64,000 nt of DNA from Candidatus Latescibacterota bacterium (GTDB lineage: Bacteria > Latescibacterota > UBA2968). Shown one piece after another: positions 39,354-48,549 of the stretch. The stretch is from the NCBI GenBank assembly GCA_965208125.1, contig OZ242320.1:2944001-3008000 (forward strand), read 5' to 3'. The position numbers were made by a program, and so were the translations under genes. The notes under the pieces are model-generated. The model made no database searches. It was given only the letters and a program-made list of their open reading frames with translations, and had not been told where the DNA came from. The stretch's first letter is position 1. The number at the start of each line of letters is the position of its first letter.

Positions 39354-40934
39354 CTATTGGTCGCCCGTCTGGGAATGGGATTGTATCCCGCATTCTATGT
39401 GATCGACGATGATATCCTCTTCGATATTCTCTGCGGATTTTGCGATGGTCAGGCCCAAATGGTTGTCGCCATAAATAAATGGCGGGTTTGATAGCGGGAT
39501 TGTACACGATGGGAATTGGTCGCCGTCGGCCCAGGTCCAGGTCAAATTTTGAGATGGGATTTCTGTGCCGTTGATGTCAACTGTGAGTGCGTCGTCTTTT
39601 GACAAGCCCTGTGCAAAGAAAGTGAGGGTGTTTTCTGAGGGAGTGGATTCTGAGGGGAGATGTTCACACAGGCGAAATCTGAAGGTGTCTCGTTGCCCCG
39701 TTTTTTTGCGGGAGAGGACGAGTTCTTCTTTTTCATAGACTTCGCCCAGGCTTTTGCTATTTGCCCAGAGTGAACGGAACGTGTAGTGTCGATCTGGGCC
39801 GATACGTTGCGGGTCTTTTAATTCTACGAGGTCGTTCATCGCCGCTGGATACATTGTGGGGTTTTTTGCGCCATTAGTTCCCGGGGGTTCAAACTGAGGT
39901 CCCCAGTGAAAGAAGTAATTTTGGGTCGAGAATCCGTCGGCACCTGCGGCATAGAAGTTTTGCAATGCGGCGCGGTATTGGGGCATATCCATGAGAAATT
40001 CTGTGTCGATACTGAGTCTGGGTTGCACTTGAGGATAGACATAACAGTTGTGCTGCCGGGCTATTGATACAAAGTCTTCGTATTTTTCATTGAAGTCAGT
40101 GAATCCAAAATCTCCAGGTGCGACATAGTCGATCAGGCTCTCTTTAATCCAGGTGGGAACGTCTAAGCTCAGATTTTTACAGCCCGCCATTTGCTGGGGT
40201 ACGCGAACGCCGAGGATGAGGTTCCGCTCTCTGCCCGTTGGGGAATGGACATTGTCCAGCATGTTGCGGACTTCTCTGATAAAGCCGGTCATGGTGCTGT
40301 GGCTGTGTGATAGTTCAGCTCGGGGAAAACATTCTGCCAGGCGGGTGAAGTTAAATTCCATGCCGTCGATGTCGAAGCGATTGGCGACTTCTTCCATGAT
40401 GTTGAGGAGAAAGGCGCGCACTTCTGGTATGGCGTAGTTTAAGGAGCACCCGTATTTGCGGCTTTCGGGCGGTGCGCGTCTGGTGGAGGGTTTGTATTCT
40501 CTGAGTACCCATTCGGGTTTTTCGTCGCAGAGTTTTTTGAAGAATTCCGTGTGGTGGCCGTGGCGGTCGTTCATTCGAAAGCCAGCGATAAATTCCATGC
40601 CCTGTTTATGGCATTCGTCGATGTAAATTTCGACGGGCATGATTCCGCTGTCCATTATGGGTATCAGGCGCTGGTGCTGGTGCCGGATGTCGTAAGGGCA
40701 TTTGTCGGTTCGCCAGAACATGGTCATTGCTTCGGCGAAGATTTCCTGCACGAGGGTGTCAATACTTCCCGCAGAGGCGTAATTGCGAACGATCTGACGC
40801 AGTTCTTCGGGTTTGGCCGCCGGTACGCTGAGGTGGCTGGTGGTGTTTGAAGGGTCGCTGACGTAGATGAGACGGCGCGTGCCACGGGGTTGCAAGTGAC
40901 CCAGATGCGAAGATGATGTTTGTGAAGTTGGCAT
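39354..40934 (-). CDS. Glycoside hydrolase-like TIM-barrel protein (GHL10-like)
   Basis: FRMNDRH, LNYAIPEVR, EEVANRFDIDGMEFNFTR, DVPTWIKE, GADG..NYF. Confidence 0.7.
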   Translation of the reverse strand: MPTSQTSSSHLGHLQPRGTRRLIYVSDPSNTTSHLSVPAAKPEELRQIVRNYASAGSIDTLVQEIFAEAMTMFWRTDKCPYDIRHQHQRLIPIMDSGIMPVEIYIDECHKQGMEFIAGFRMNDRHGHHTEFFKKLCDEKPEWVLREYKPSTRRAPPESRKYGCSLNYAIPEVRAFLLNIMEEVANRFDIDGMEFNFTRLAECFPRAELSHSHSTMTGFIREVRNMLDNVHSPTGRERNLILGVRVPQQMAGCKNLSLDVPTWIKESLIDYVAPGDFGFTDFNEKYEDFVSIARQHNCYVYPQVQPRLSIDTEFLMDMPQYRAALQNFYAAGADGFSTQNYFFHWGPQFEPPGTNGAKNPTMYPAAMNDLVELKDPQRIGPDRHYTFRSLWANSKSLGEVYEKEELVLSRKKTGQRDTFRFRLCEHLPSESTPSENTLTFFAQGLSKDDALTVDINGTEIPSQNLTWTWADGDQFPSCTIPLSNPPFIYGDNHLGLTIAKSAENIEEDIIVDHIECGIQSHSQTGDQ

Positions 40935-40955
40935 TTGGTCCGTCCTTGTTCTCGT

Positions 40956-41396
40956 TTATGGTGGGGCTGTGTGTTGCGGTTGCGCGCCATTGGGCAGGGG
41001 AGGAACGTCGATGCCTGCCTTCGGCAGAGTGCCGGTCATTTCCTGCTGCGGGTGTGCAACAAAGCCCGCGGCACAGCAGTAGATCATCTTCAGGGGGATA
41101 TCGCCCGTGTTGGTGAGTTGATGATATTCTCCCGGGGGGATGTACACGGCCTGACCGGCTTTCAGGGTTTGTTTTTCAGTGCCGAGGCACATTTCGCCTT
41201 CGCCTTCGATGACGAAGTAGATTTCTTCCTGTGCCTGATTGTGCCAGGGCACCTGTCCTCCGTTGGGTTCGAAGGTGACGTATCCAACAGAGAATTCCTC
41301 TGTGGGGATGGGGGTGCCAGCACCTGCAACAGGCTGTGTTCTTCTGCGTGCGGGAAATTGTCGGCCTTCAATCTCGCGCAGGTCTGAGATGATCAT
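40956..41396 (-). CDS. Cupin domain protein
   Basis: WHNQAQEEIYFVIEGEG, GQAVYIPPGEYHQLTN. Confidence 0.85.
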   Translation of the reverse strand: MIISDLREIEGRQFPARRRTQPVAGAGTPIPTEEFSVGYVTFEPNGGQVPWHNQAQEEIYFVIEGEGEMCLGTEKQTLKAGQAVYIPPGEYHQLTNTGDIPLKMIYCCAAGFVAHPQQEMTGTLPKAGIDVPPLPNGAQPQHTAPP

Positions 41397-41407
41397 GTCG
41401 GGGTCCT

Positions 41408-41998
41408 TTAATCGGCAGCGACTGTTTCGCGGGCTTTCATTCTTTCGCGTTCTTCGATGAGCAAGTTCATCCAGTGTTTCATGTATTGTCCGTGATCGTT
41501 CCACACGCGGCCGCTAACCAAATTGCCATCGATGACGCACGGTTCATCGACGAAGATGCCGCCGCAGACTTCGAGGTCAAATTGGCATTTCCAAACGCAG
41601 GCCATGCGCCGCCCTTTGACCACGCCTGCGCGACACGGGATTTCAACGCCGTGGCAGACGCTGGCAACGGGTTTGTTGTGTTCAAAGAAGTAGCGCGTGA
41701 TGCGAATGAGGTCGGGGTTGTCGCGGATGTATTCGGGGGCGCGGCCACCAGAGAAGAAGATGCCGACGTATTCGGAGGGGTCAACGTCTCGAAAGGCGAT
41801 GTCTGCGTTGATCGAGTATCCTTTCCATTCTTCGGTGATGTCCCAGCCAGGGGAAATTTCGTGGAGTACCATTTGATAGCGTCGTTTGTCTGGACCGGCG
41901 ACAACGGGGGTAAATCCGTCTTCTTGTATCCTGAGAAATGGGTATAGCGTATCGACGGTTTCTGTGGCGTCTCCAACGATGATGAGAACTTTGTCCAT
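41408..41998 (-). CDS. DJ-1/PfpI family protein
   Basis: GGRAPEYIR, ASVCHG (nucleophile Cys), DGNLVSG. Confidence 0.9.
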   Translation of the reverse strand: MDKVLIIVGDATETVDTLYPFLRIQEDGFTPVVAGPDKRRYQMVLHEISPGWDITEEWKGYSINADIAFRDVDPSEYVGIFFSGGRAPEYIRDNPDLIRITRYFFEHNKPVASVCHGVEIPCRAGVVKGRRMACVWKCQFDLEVCGGIFVDEPCVIDGNLVSGRVWNDHGQYMKHWMNLLIEERERMKARETVAAD

Positions 41999-42147
41999 GA
42001 TGGTCTCCTTTAATGTAAGGGTGTGTCCCATAGCTTACCTCCAACAATTGTTTTAGAACGGGAGAAATAATACGGGAATTCCCATTGTGTAAATCTACTA
42101 TGAGGTAATCAGGAGTCAAGAAATTATCATATTGCATTGCTTATGAT

Positions 42148-42189
42148 AAAAAAATAAGCGACCAGGGGCATAAAGCCCAGGGTCGCTTA
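42148..42189 (-). terminator. Intrinsic terminator after ino1
   Basis: TAAGCGACC...GGTCGCTTA stem with inner GGGC/GCCC, followed by T7 on minus strand. Confidence 0.7.
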
Positions 42190-42213
42190 ATACTACGTTG
42201 ATGGAGGAGAAGT

Positions 42214-43299
42214 TTACTCTTTCAAGCCGTATTGGCGAATAAAATCACTCGTCATTTCGCGCGCTTGATCGTCGCTAAATTGTCTGGGTGGCGATTTCAT
42301 GAGGTAAGATGATGGCCCCATCAAAGGACCTTTGAGACCGTGGTTGAGGGCGAGTTTGCAGAGTCTGACTGCGTCGATGACCACGCCCGCTGAGTTCGGT
42401 GAGTCCCAGACTTCGAGTTTGAGTTCCAGGTTGAGTGGCACGCCGCCAAAGGTTTCGCCTTCCATGCGGATATGACACCATTTGCGGTCTTCCAGCCAGG
42501 GGATGTGGTCGCTGGGACCAACGTGAATATTGTCTTCGCCCAGGTCGTAGTCGAGTTGAGAGGTGACGGCCTGTGTTTTGGAGATTTTTTTGGATTCTAA
42601 GCGTTCGCGCTCGAGCATGTTGTAAAAGTCGGTGTTGCCGCCAAAATTGAGTTGATATGTTTTGGTGAGTTTGACGCCGCGTTCGCGGAACAGGCGGGTG
42701 AGCACGCGGTGGGTGATGGTGGCGCCGACCTGTGATTTGATGTCGTCTCCGATGAGGGGCAGGCCGCGTTTTTCAAAGCGTTCGGGCCAGTGTCCGGCAC
42801 TGGCGATAAAGACGGGCATGCAGTTGACAAAAGCACATCCGGCTTGCAGGACTTGTTCCACATACCACTTGGTGGCCTGTTCGCTGCCCACGGGCAGGTA
42901 ATTGACGACGACATCTGTGCGCGTGGCTTTGAGGATTTCGGCAATGTCAACGGTATCGCCTTCGGCTTTTGTGATGACTTGATCGAGGTATTTGCCCAGG
43001 CCATCGTGGGTCATGCCGCGGTAAACGGGAACGTCGAGGTGGGGGACATCGGCAAATTTGATGGTGTTGTTGGGGTGTGCAAAAATGGCTTCGCTCAAGT
43101 CTTTGCCCACTTTTTCAGCATTGACGTCAAAGGCTGCGGAAAATTCAATGTCGCGGATGTGATAGCCGCCCAGGTTGGGGTGCATCAATCCGGGGATGAA
43201 ATCATCTTCAGAAGCGTTTTTGTAGTATTCGATGCCCTGTATGAGGGAGGATGCACAGTTGCCTGCACCGATGATGGCGACTCGGACTTTGGAGGACAT
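42214..43299 (-). CDS. ino1: Myo-inositol-1-phosphate (inositol-3-phosphate) synthase
   Basis: [51 protein letters not shown]. Confidence 0.95.
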   Translation of the reverse strand: MSSKVRVAIIGAGNCASSLIQGIEYYKNASEDDFIPGLMHPNLGGYHIRDIEFSAAFDVNAEKVGKDLSEAIFAHPNNTIKFADVPHLDVPVYRGMTHDGLGKYLDQVITKAEGDTVDIAEILKATRTDVVVNYLPVGSEQATKWYVEQVLQAGCAFVNCMPVFIASAGHWPERFEKRGLPLIGDDIKSQVGATITHRVLTRLFRERGVKLTKTYQLNFGGNTDFYNMLERERLESKKISKTQAVTSQLDYDLGEDNIHVGPSDHIPWLEDRKWCHIRMEGETFGGVPLNLELKLEVWDSPNSAGVVIDAVRLCKLALNHGLKGPLMGPSSYLMKSPPRQFSDDQAREMTSDFIRQYGLKE

Positions 43300-43395
43300 G
43301 GTGCGTCTCCTTAAAGAGAAGGTGTTTAAGGTATTGTCGGGCAAAATGTCTGTGATTTTTTCTTATTAGACAAATCAATAATTACTATATTATAT

Positions 43396-43410
43396 ATAGA
43401 TAAAATCTAT
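43396..43410. promoter_or_regulatory. LysR-type operator (ATAG-N7-CTAT)
   Basis: ATAGAT-AAA-ATCTAT dyad (T-N11-A) in the AT-rich divergent ino1/LysR intergenic region. Confidence 0.65.
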
Positions 43411-43437
43411 GGGTTGCATTTCGAATAGGAGCGAGAG

Positions 43438-44361
43438 ATGAATCTTTATCATTTGCGCTATTTTTTGTCTGTTGCACAGACCGGGAGTTTTAGTCAGGCA
43501 GCACGGGAGATGCATGTGACTCAGCCAACGGTGAGCAGTGGTATTGCGGAATTGGAAAAGACAATGGGGGTACGGCTTTTTAACCGGGGAGGCAAGCGCG
43601 TGGCGCTGACAATGGAAGGGCGCACGCTGGTGAATTATGCGATGCAGATTCAGGATCTGGTCGAAGAAGTAGAAGACCACTTGCAGCGGCGCGATGTGTT
43701 GCCTGGGGAGGGGTTTCAGTTTGGCGCGATTGATGCGGCTGTGACGTATTTATTACCGGATATTTTGAAGGATTACAGGCGTGCTTATCCCGATGTTTCT
43801 CTGTCGGCACAGGTGGCGCCATCGCGCTATCTGGTGGATGATTTGCTGATGAATCGCTCTGAGTTTGCGGTTATTTCACTGCCTTATGATCATCCGCGTG
43901 TGGAGACGGTGTCGATTTATCGAGATTCTATGCCGCTGGTGGTGGGGGCATCTCATCCTTTTGCCGCGCGAGAAAGCGCGACTTTGCAAGAGGTGGTGCA
44001 AGAGCCTTTGATCCTGTTTCACACGGATTCAATATCGCGCAAAATTGTGGATGAGCGATTTGGGGAAGCAGGTGTGTCTCCCGGCGGGGTGATGGAGATG
44101 CGAAGCCCGGAGGCGATGCGAAAGCTGGTGGAGGTCGGTGTTGGGATTTCGTTTTTGCCTATGCTAACTGTGCAGGAGTCCCTAAGTGCCGGGGCGTTAA
44201 AGGTGGTGGATGTGGAGGGGGTGGCATTTAGCCGCGAGGTCGGCGTGGCGTGGAGGCGAGGACGCTATTTTAGTGCGGCGATTCGGTATTTGATTGAGGC
44301 GATTTTTGAAGCATACCAGGGGCTGGATATCTGGCACGAGAAGGTGGGAAGTGCTAAATGA
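43438..44361 (+). CDS. LysR family transcriptional regulator
   Basis: LRYFLSVAQTGSFSQAAREMHVTQPTVS...LE...GVRLFNR HTH plus substrate-binding domain. Confidence 0.95.
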   Translation: MNLYHLRYFLSVAQTGSFSQAAREMHVTQPTVSSGIAELEKTMGVRLFNRGGKRVALTMEGRTLVNYAMQIQDLVEEVEDHLQRRDVLPGEGFQFGAIDAAVTYLLPDILKDYRRAYPDVSLSAQVAPSRYLVDDLLMNRSEFAVISLPYDHPRVETVSIYRDSMPLVVGASHPFAARESATLQEVVQEPLILFHTDSISRKIVDERFGEAGVSPGGVMEMRSPEAMRKLVEVGVGISFLPMLTVQESLSAGALKVVDVEGVAFSREVGVAWRRGRYFSAAIRYLIEAIFEAYQGLDIWHEKVGSAK

Positions 44362-44365
44362 GTAT

Positions 44366-45535
44366 CTACAACTTAAACGTTTTGCGTTCGGTTTGTTCAA
44401 GGGTTTGTTCGATGAGGGGGACGAGGTTGAGTGTGGATTCGATTTCGCGGACTTTTTCCAAATTGGCACGCGTTTCGGGGTGTTTGGGTACAAAGACAGA
44501 GCAACAATCTTCGTAGGGTTCAATGGAGATTTGATATGTGCCAATGCGTCGTGCTTCGTTGATAATTTCTTCTTTGTTGTCACCGGCCAATGGACGCAAG
44601 ATGGGTAGCGGAGTCACTTCTTCGATGACGCGCAGGTTCGACAGGGTTTGCGAGGCGACCTGCCCGACGTTTTCGCCTGTTACGAGTGCCAGGGCATCGA
44701 CTTTTTGGGCAATGGCTTCTGCAATGCGGAGCATGGCGCGGCGGTAGAGAATGACGCGGTAGCTCGCGGGTGCTCGCATCATTATATGGCGTTGAATTTC
44801 GACAAATGGCACCAGGTACAGGTCCGACACGTATTGATGCCGGGTGAGGAGTTGCACGAGGTCTTCGGTGTTGCGCTGGGAGTTGCGATTGGTATAAGGT
44901 TGACTGTGAAAATGCACATAAGTCAGTTTGACGCCGCGTTTCATAATTTTGTAAGAAGCCACGGGTGAGTCAATTCCCGAAGAGATGAGGCTTACAGCGC
45001 GTTCATTGGATCCGACGGGCAAGCCCCCTGGTGCCGGGATTTTTTCGGCGTAGATAAATATGCGTTGTGGGGCAATTTCAATAAAACAGGTGAGATCCGG
45101 ATTGTCCATCAGGACTCGGGTACCGGATAGGGTTTGAATATGCTTGCCCACATCCCGATTGATTTGATCCGAATTGAGCGGAAAGGTTTTGTCGCCGCGT
45201 TTGGTGACAATTTTGAAGGATTGGAAGTCGGTTTTTTGTGCGAGTGTCCAGGCTGTTTCTCGAATGGCTTCGATATTGCGTTTGGCGACGACTGCTTCGG
45301 AAAAGTTGGCGATGCCAAAGACTGTTGAGAGTCGTTCTCGGATTACATCTATCGGTGATTCTGAGGTGAGTGCAAGCATCATGCGGCCCGATAGGCGTTC
45401 GAGCTTTCCACAGGGTACGCCTTTGAGTGCACGGGTGATGTTGGTCATCAGGTGCCGTTCAAATTTGCCCCGATTTTTGCCTTTGAGGCCAATTTCGTGA
45501 TAGTGTATGAGTATGAAGCGGTCGTTGGTCATCAT
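44366..45535 (-). CDS. thiI: tRNA 4-thiouridine synthase ThiI (THUMP + PP-loop, no rhodanese domain)
   Basis: EIGLKGKNR, GGLPVG, SSGIDSPVA, GENVGQVASQT, RPL, EDCC. Confidence 0.92.
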   Translation of the reverse strand: MMTNDRFILIHYHEIGLKGKNRGKFERHLMTNITRALKGVPCGKLERLSGRMMLALTSESPIDVIRERLSTVFGIANFSEAVVAKRNIEAIRETAWTLAQKTDFQSFKIVTKRGDKTFPLNSDQINRDVGKHIQTLSGTRVLMDNPDLTCFIEIAPQRIFIYAEKIPAPGGLPVGSNERAVSLISSGIDSPVASYKIMKRGVKLTYVHFHSQPYTNRNSQRNTEDLVQLLTRHQYVSDLYLVPFVEIQRHIMMRAPASYRVILYRRAMLRIAEAIAQKVDALALVTGENVGQVASQTLSNLRVIEEVTPLPILRPLAGDNKEEIINEARRIGTYQISIEPYEDCCSVFVPKHPETRANLEKVREIESTLNLVPLIEQTLEQTERKTFKL

Positions 45536-47121
45536 GAGATGGGTCGGGGATTAAGGGATAAATCGCGCTGGAGAATAACGAGGGTTATGTCGTCGGTGCG
45601 CCGCGCTTTGCCAATAAAGGATTTGACATTGGCGACGAGGTCGGCAATCAGGTCTGTGGGTGTCTGATCTATGGATGCGCGTTCGAGGCAACGGACAAAT
45701 CGGTCGTCGTCAAAGAAGTTGCGTTTGGCATTTTGGGCTTCGACAACACCATCGGAGTAGAGCACGAGGCGATCACCGGGCGCGAGTGTTAAATGCTCAA
45801 CGCGATAAGGCGTTTGGGGGCGTACGAGTGCCGGGATTCCAAGAGGATAGCCCGTGATGTCGATAAATTGAGATTGATTGGATAGGTGGATAGGTGGACA
45901 GTGTCCTGCACTTGCAAGCGTGACTTCGCCTGTGGGTACGTCGAGTACGGCGATGCAGCAGGTAATAAATGTCGTGTGGTCAATTTGGCCTTCCAGGGAG
46001 TCATTAAGACCGTCGAGAATATCGGCTGGTGCAACGCGATTTTGACATTCATAGCGGAGTATTTCATTGAAACGCACGGCGGTCACGGCTGCTTCCATGG
46101 CTTTGCCAGAGACATCGGCAACGACGATGCCGAGTTTTGTTTTGTCTTTATCCAACCAGCGGTACGTATAGTAATCCCCGCCGACGCTGTTGGCGGGAAT
46201 ACACGTTCCGTCGAGTGTAAAACCCGGCAGGTCGGGACTGGATTGTGGCAATAGACCCATTTGCATGTCGTGTGCTGTTTGCAATTCATCGCGCATTTCC
46301 GAAAATTGTTGTTTGTAGCTTTCCCACTGTCGCGCTTCTTCGCAAAGGGTCTGGTTGTAGGCCGATGCAAAAATTCCGAGGGCGAGGGGTTGAAAGAGGG
46401 CGAAGACACAGAGTTGGGCTAAGGCATTGTCGATGATGCTATCGGTGAGAGCGACCGAGCCTGCAAGAATTCCGAGCGCGGTGAGTATAAGCGCACAGTG
46501 GCGAAAGAAGCCGTAGCGTTCTACGGCTTTGCGACTTTCGACATAGGCTTCGTCGATGTGTACCCCCCGGTCTGCTGCCAGAAGATAGATGTAGAAGCAT
46601 TTGACAACAAAAATGAGGCCGGGTAAAAATAAGAGGCAAGCTGCCGGAATGACGGCATAATAAATAATATTTTTGTCTTCTAAGAATCTTCCAATGTTTT
46701 CTGGTGCAGCGGGGATATCCCAGGTCGTTTCCCGGGCGACGACCTGTTTGAATGCATTGAGCAGGAATGCAAAGAAATCACTGTTCACAAAAACCAGTGC
46801 TACAATGAGGGCGAAGCCGAGAATAAAAAACAGGAAGATAAAAATGTTCATCGAGAAAAAACGGATGAAACGAATGATCTGTCCAAATAGATCTCGCATA
46901 GCGGGTTTTTCCCCTTGTTGCGCACGCAAGATCATGATGGCAAAGCCAGCATATAAGCTGCCCAGGAGCAAAGTGCCCGATAGCACACTCAGGATTATTG
47001 CCAAAAATGAAGCGAGAAACAAAATGGGCAGGTGACTTGCCCAGGAGGATATGCTGTCGTTGAGACAGCGAAGGTATTGGAGATTTGCCCGAACGGGGAT
47101 ATCGAGAGCCATAATAATCAA
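45532..47121 (-). CDS. Membrane-bound PP2C/SpoIIE-family phosphatase
   Basis: Multi-TM N-terminus; ELQTAHDMQMGLLP, VGGDYY, ADVSGK, SAGH, YSDGVVEA, DDIT. Confidence 0.9.
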   Translation of the reverse strand: MIIMALDIPVRANLQYLRCLNDSISSWASHLPILFLASFLAIILSVLSGTLLLGSLYAGFAIMILRAQQGEKPAMRDLFGQIIRFIRFFSMNIFIFLFFILGFALIVALVFVNSDFFAFLLNAFKQVVARETTWDIPAAPENIGRFLEDKNIIYYAVIPAACLLFLPGLIFVVKCFYIYLLAADRGVHIDEAYVESRKAVERYGFFRHCALILTALGILAGSVALTDSIIDNALAQLCVFALFQPLALGIFASAYNQTLCEEARQWESYKQQFSEMRDELQTAHDMQMGLLPQSSPDLPGFTLDGTCIPANSVGGDYYTYRWLDKDKTKLGIVVADVSGKAMEAAVTAVRFNEILRYECQNRVAPADILDGLNDSLEGQIDHTTFITCCIAVLDVPTGEVTLASAGHCPPIHLSNQSQFIDITGYPLGIPALVRPQTPYRVEHLTLAPGDRLVLYSDGVVEAQNAKRNFFDDDRFVRCLERASIDQTPTDLIADLVANVKSFIGKARRTDDITLVILQRDLSLNPRPIS

Positions 47122-48527
47122 GGTTTTTCTTTGTTGAGTTTGTATTTGCGGTACAGGTGGCGAAATTGGTCGTAGCTGAGTTTGAGTTGTTTGGCGGCTT
47201 CGCGCTGGTTCCAGGAGACTTTATTGAGAATGCGTCGCAATAGACTCAGTTCAAAGGATTGCACTTGTGATTCAAAGCCGTCGTTCAATTCGGGCGATTG
47301 GGGCGCTTGTTGAGAAACTTCGGGGGGCAGATCGTCGGATTCAATCTCAGTTCCACGGGCGACACAGGCTGCGCGTTCGGCCGCAAATTTGAGTTCGCGC
47401 ACATTGCCAGGCCAGCTATATGTCGTCAGGCGTTCTATTGCCGCATCGGAAAAATTGCGTTTTTGAAGGCCCGGTACTTCCTCGACGATTTGCGCGACAA
47501 AATAATCGGCTAATGCGGGAATGTCTTCGCGGCGTTCGCGCAACGGGGGCATGTGCAAGACTTCAAAGCGCAATCTGTCGTAGAGGTCCTGGCGGAATCG
47601 GCCTTCGGCAATTTCCGTTTCGAGATCGGTATTTGTGGCGGCTATAACGCGAACATCGACAAAGATGGGGGTCGCACTGCCCACGCGCTGAATTTCGCTG
47701 TATTCAATGGCACGCAATACGTTTTGCTGAAATTCGGGGGTGGTGTTGCCGATTTCATCGAGGAATAGGGTGCCGCCACTCGCGGCTTCAAATTTGCCCG
47801 TGCGGGCTTCTGTTGCGCCCGTATAAGCCCCTTTTTCGTGTCCAAAGAGTTCGCTTTCGAGCAATTGGTCGGCAATGGCGGCGCAATTGACTTTGACAAA
47901 GGGACGGTCTTTGCGGTCACTGCCATAGTGGATGGCAGCGGCGACGAGTTCTTTGCCCGTTCCGGGTTCGCCTGTGATGAGCGCGGGCCGGGGGATGGGG
48001 GCTACGGTTTGCGCTCGCTGGAGAATTTGCTGGAGTTTGGGGCTGGAGCCGATGATTTGATAGCGCTTGCCAAATTCGTCCCGGTAGAATTGGTTTTCGC
48101 GTCCCAGGTCCTGAACTTCTGCCCGCAGTTGGGCATTTTCCCTGAGTGCTTGATAAACGCGGTCGAGTTTTTCAAGGCTGAGTTCGATTTTGTCTTCGAT
48201 ATAAAAGTCTTTTTCAATAAAGTCTGTTGCGCCCAATCGCAATGCAGCTACGGCAGTATCTATTGTGCCCTGTCCGGTGAGCATAATGACGGGCAGATCG
48301 GGAACCGATTCGAGCATTTGTGGCAAAATTTCGAGACCATCGGGTTCCTCGGGTCCGTAATCGAGGTCGAGAATGGCCAGGCCAATCTGATTGGGATGCT
48401 GTTGCAGATATGTTAGCGCTTCGCGCCCGGTCGAGAAGGCATGGACTTTGCGCGTGTCGTCTCGCAGGCTTCGAATCAGCATGTCGAGGACTTCTATCTG
48501 GTCGTCAGCAACGATAATTTCGGTCAT
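47118..48527 (-). CDS. Sigma-54 enhancer-binding response regulator (REC + PspF-like AAA+ + HTH)
   Basis: VADD/LDL/LTG/EK receiver; GEPGTGKE, ELFGHEKGAYTGA, FLDEI, WPGNVREL; PspF-like LRAIEY, DLYDRLRFEV, NQREAA..L.LSYDQFR. Confidence 0.9.
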   Translation of the reverse strand: MTEIIVADDQIEVLDMLIRSLRDDTRKVHAFSTGREALTYLQQHPNQIGLAILDLDYGPEEPDGLEILPQMLESVPDLPVIMLTGQGTIDTAVAALRLGATDFIEKDFYIEDKIELSLEKLDRVYQALRENAQLRAEVQDLGRENQFYRDEFGKRYQIIGSSPKLQQILQRAQTVAPIPRPALITGEPGTGKELVAAAIHYGSDRKDRPFVKVNCAAIADQLLESELFGHEKGAYTGATEARTGKFEAASGGTLFLDEIGNTTPEFQQNVLRAIEYSEIQRVGSATPIFVDVRVIAATNTDLETEIAEGRFRQDLYDRLRFEVLHMPPLRERREDIPALADYFVAQIVEEVPGLQKRNFSDAAIERLTTYSWPGNVRELKFAAERAACVARGTEIESDDLPPEVSQQAPQSPELNDGFESQVQSFELSLLRRILNKVSWNQREAAKQLKLSYDQFRHLYRKYKLNKEKP

Positions 48528-48549
48528 GGGAGAAATATTGAAAAGGGTC

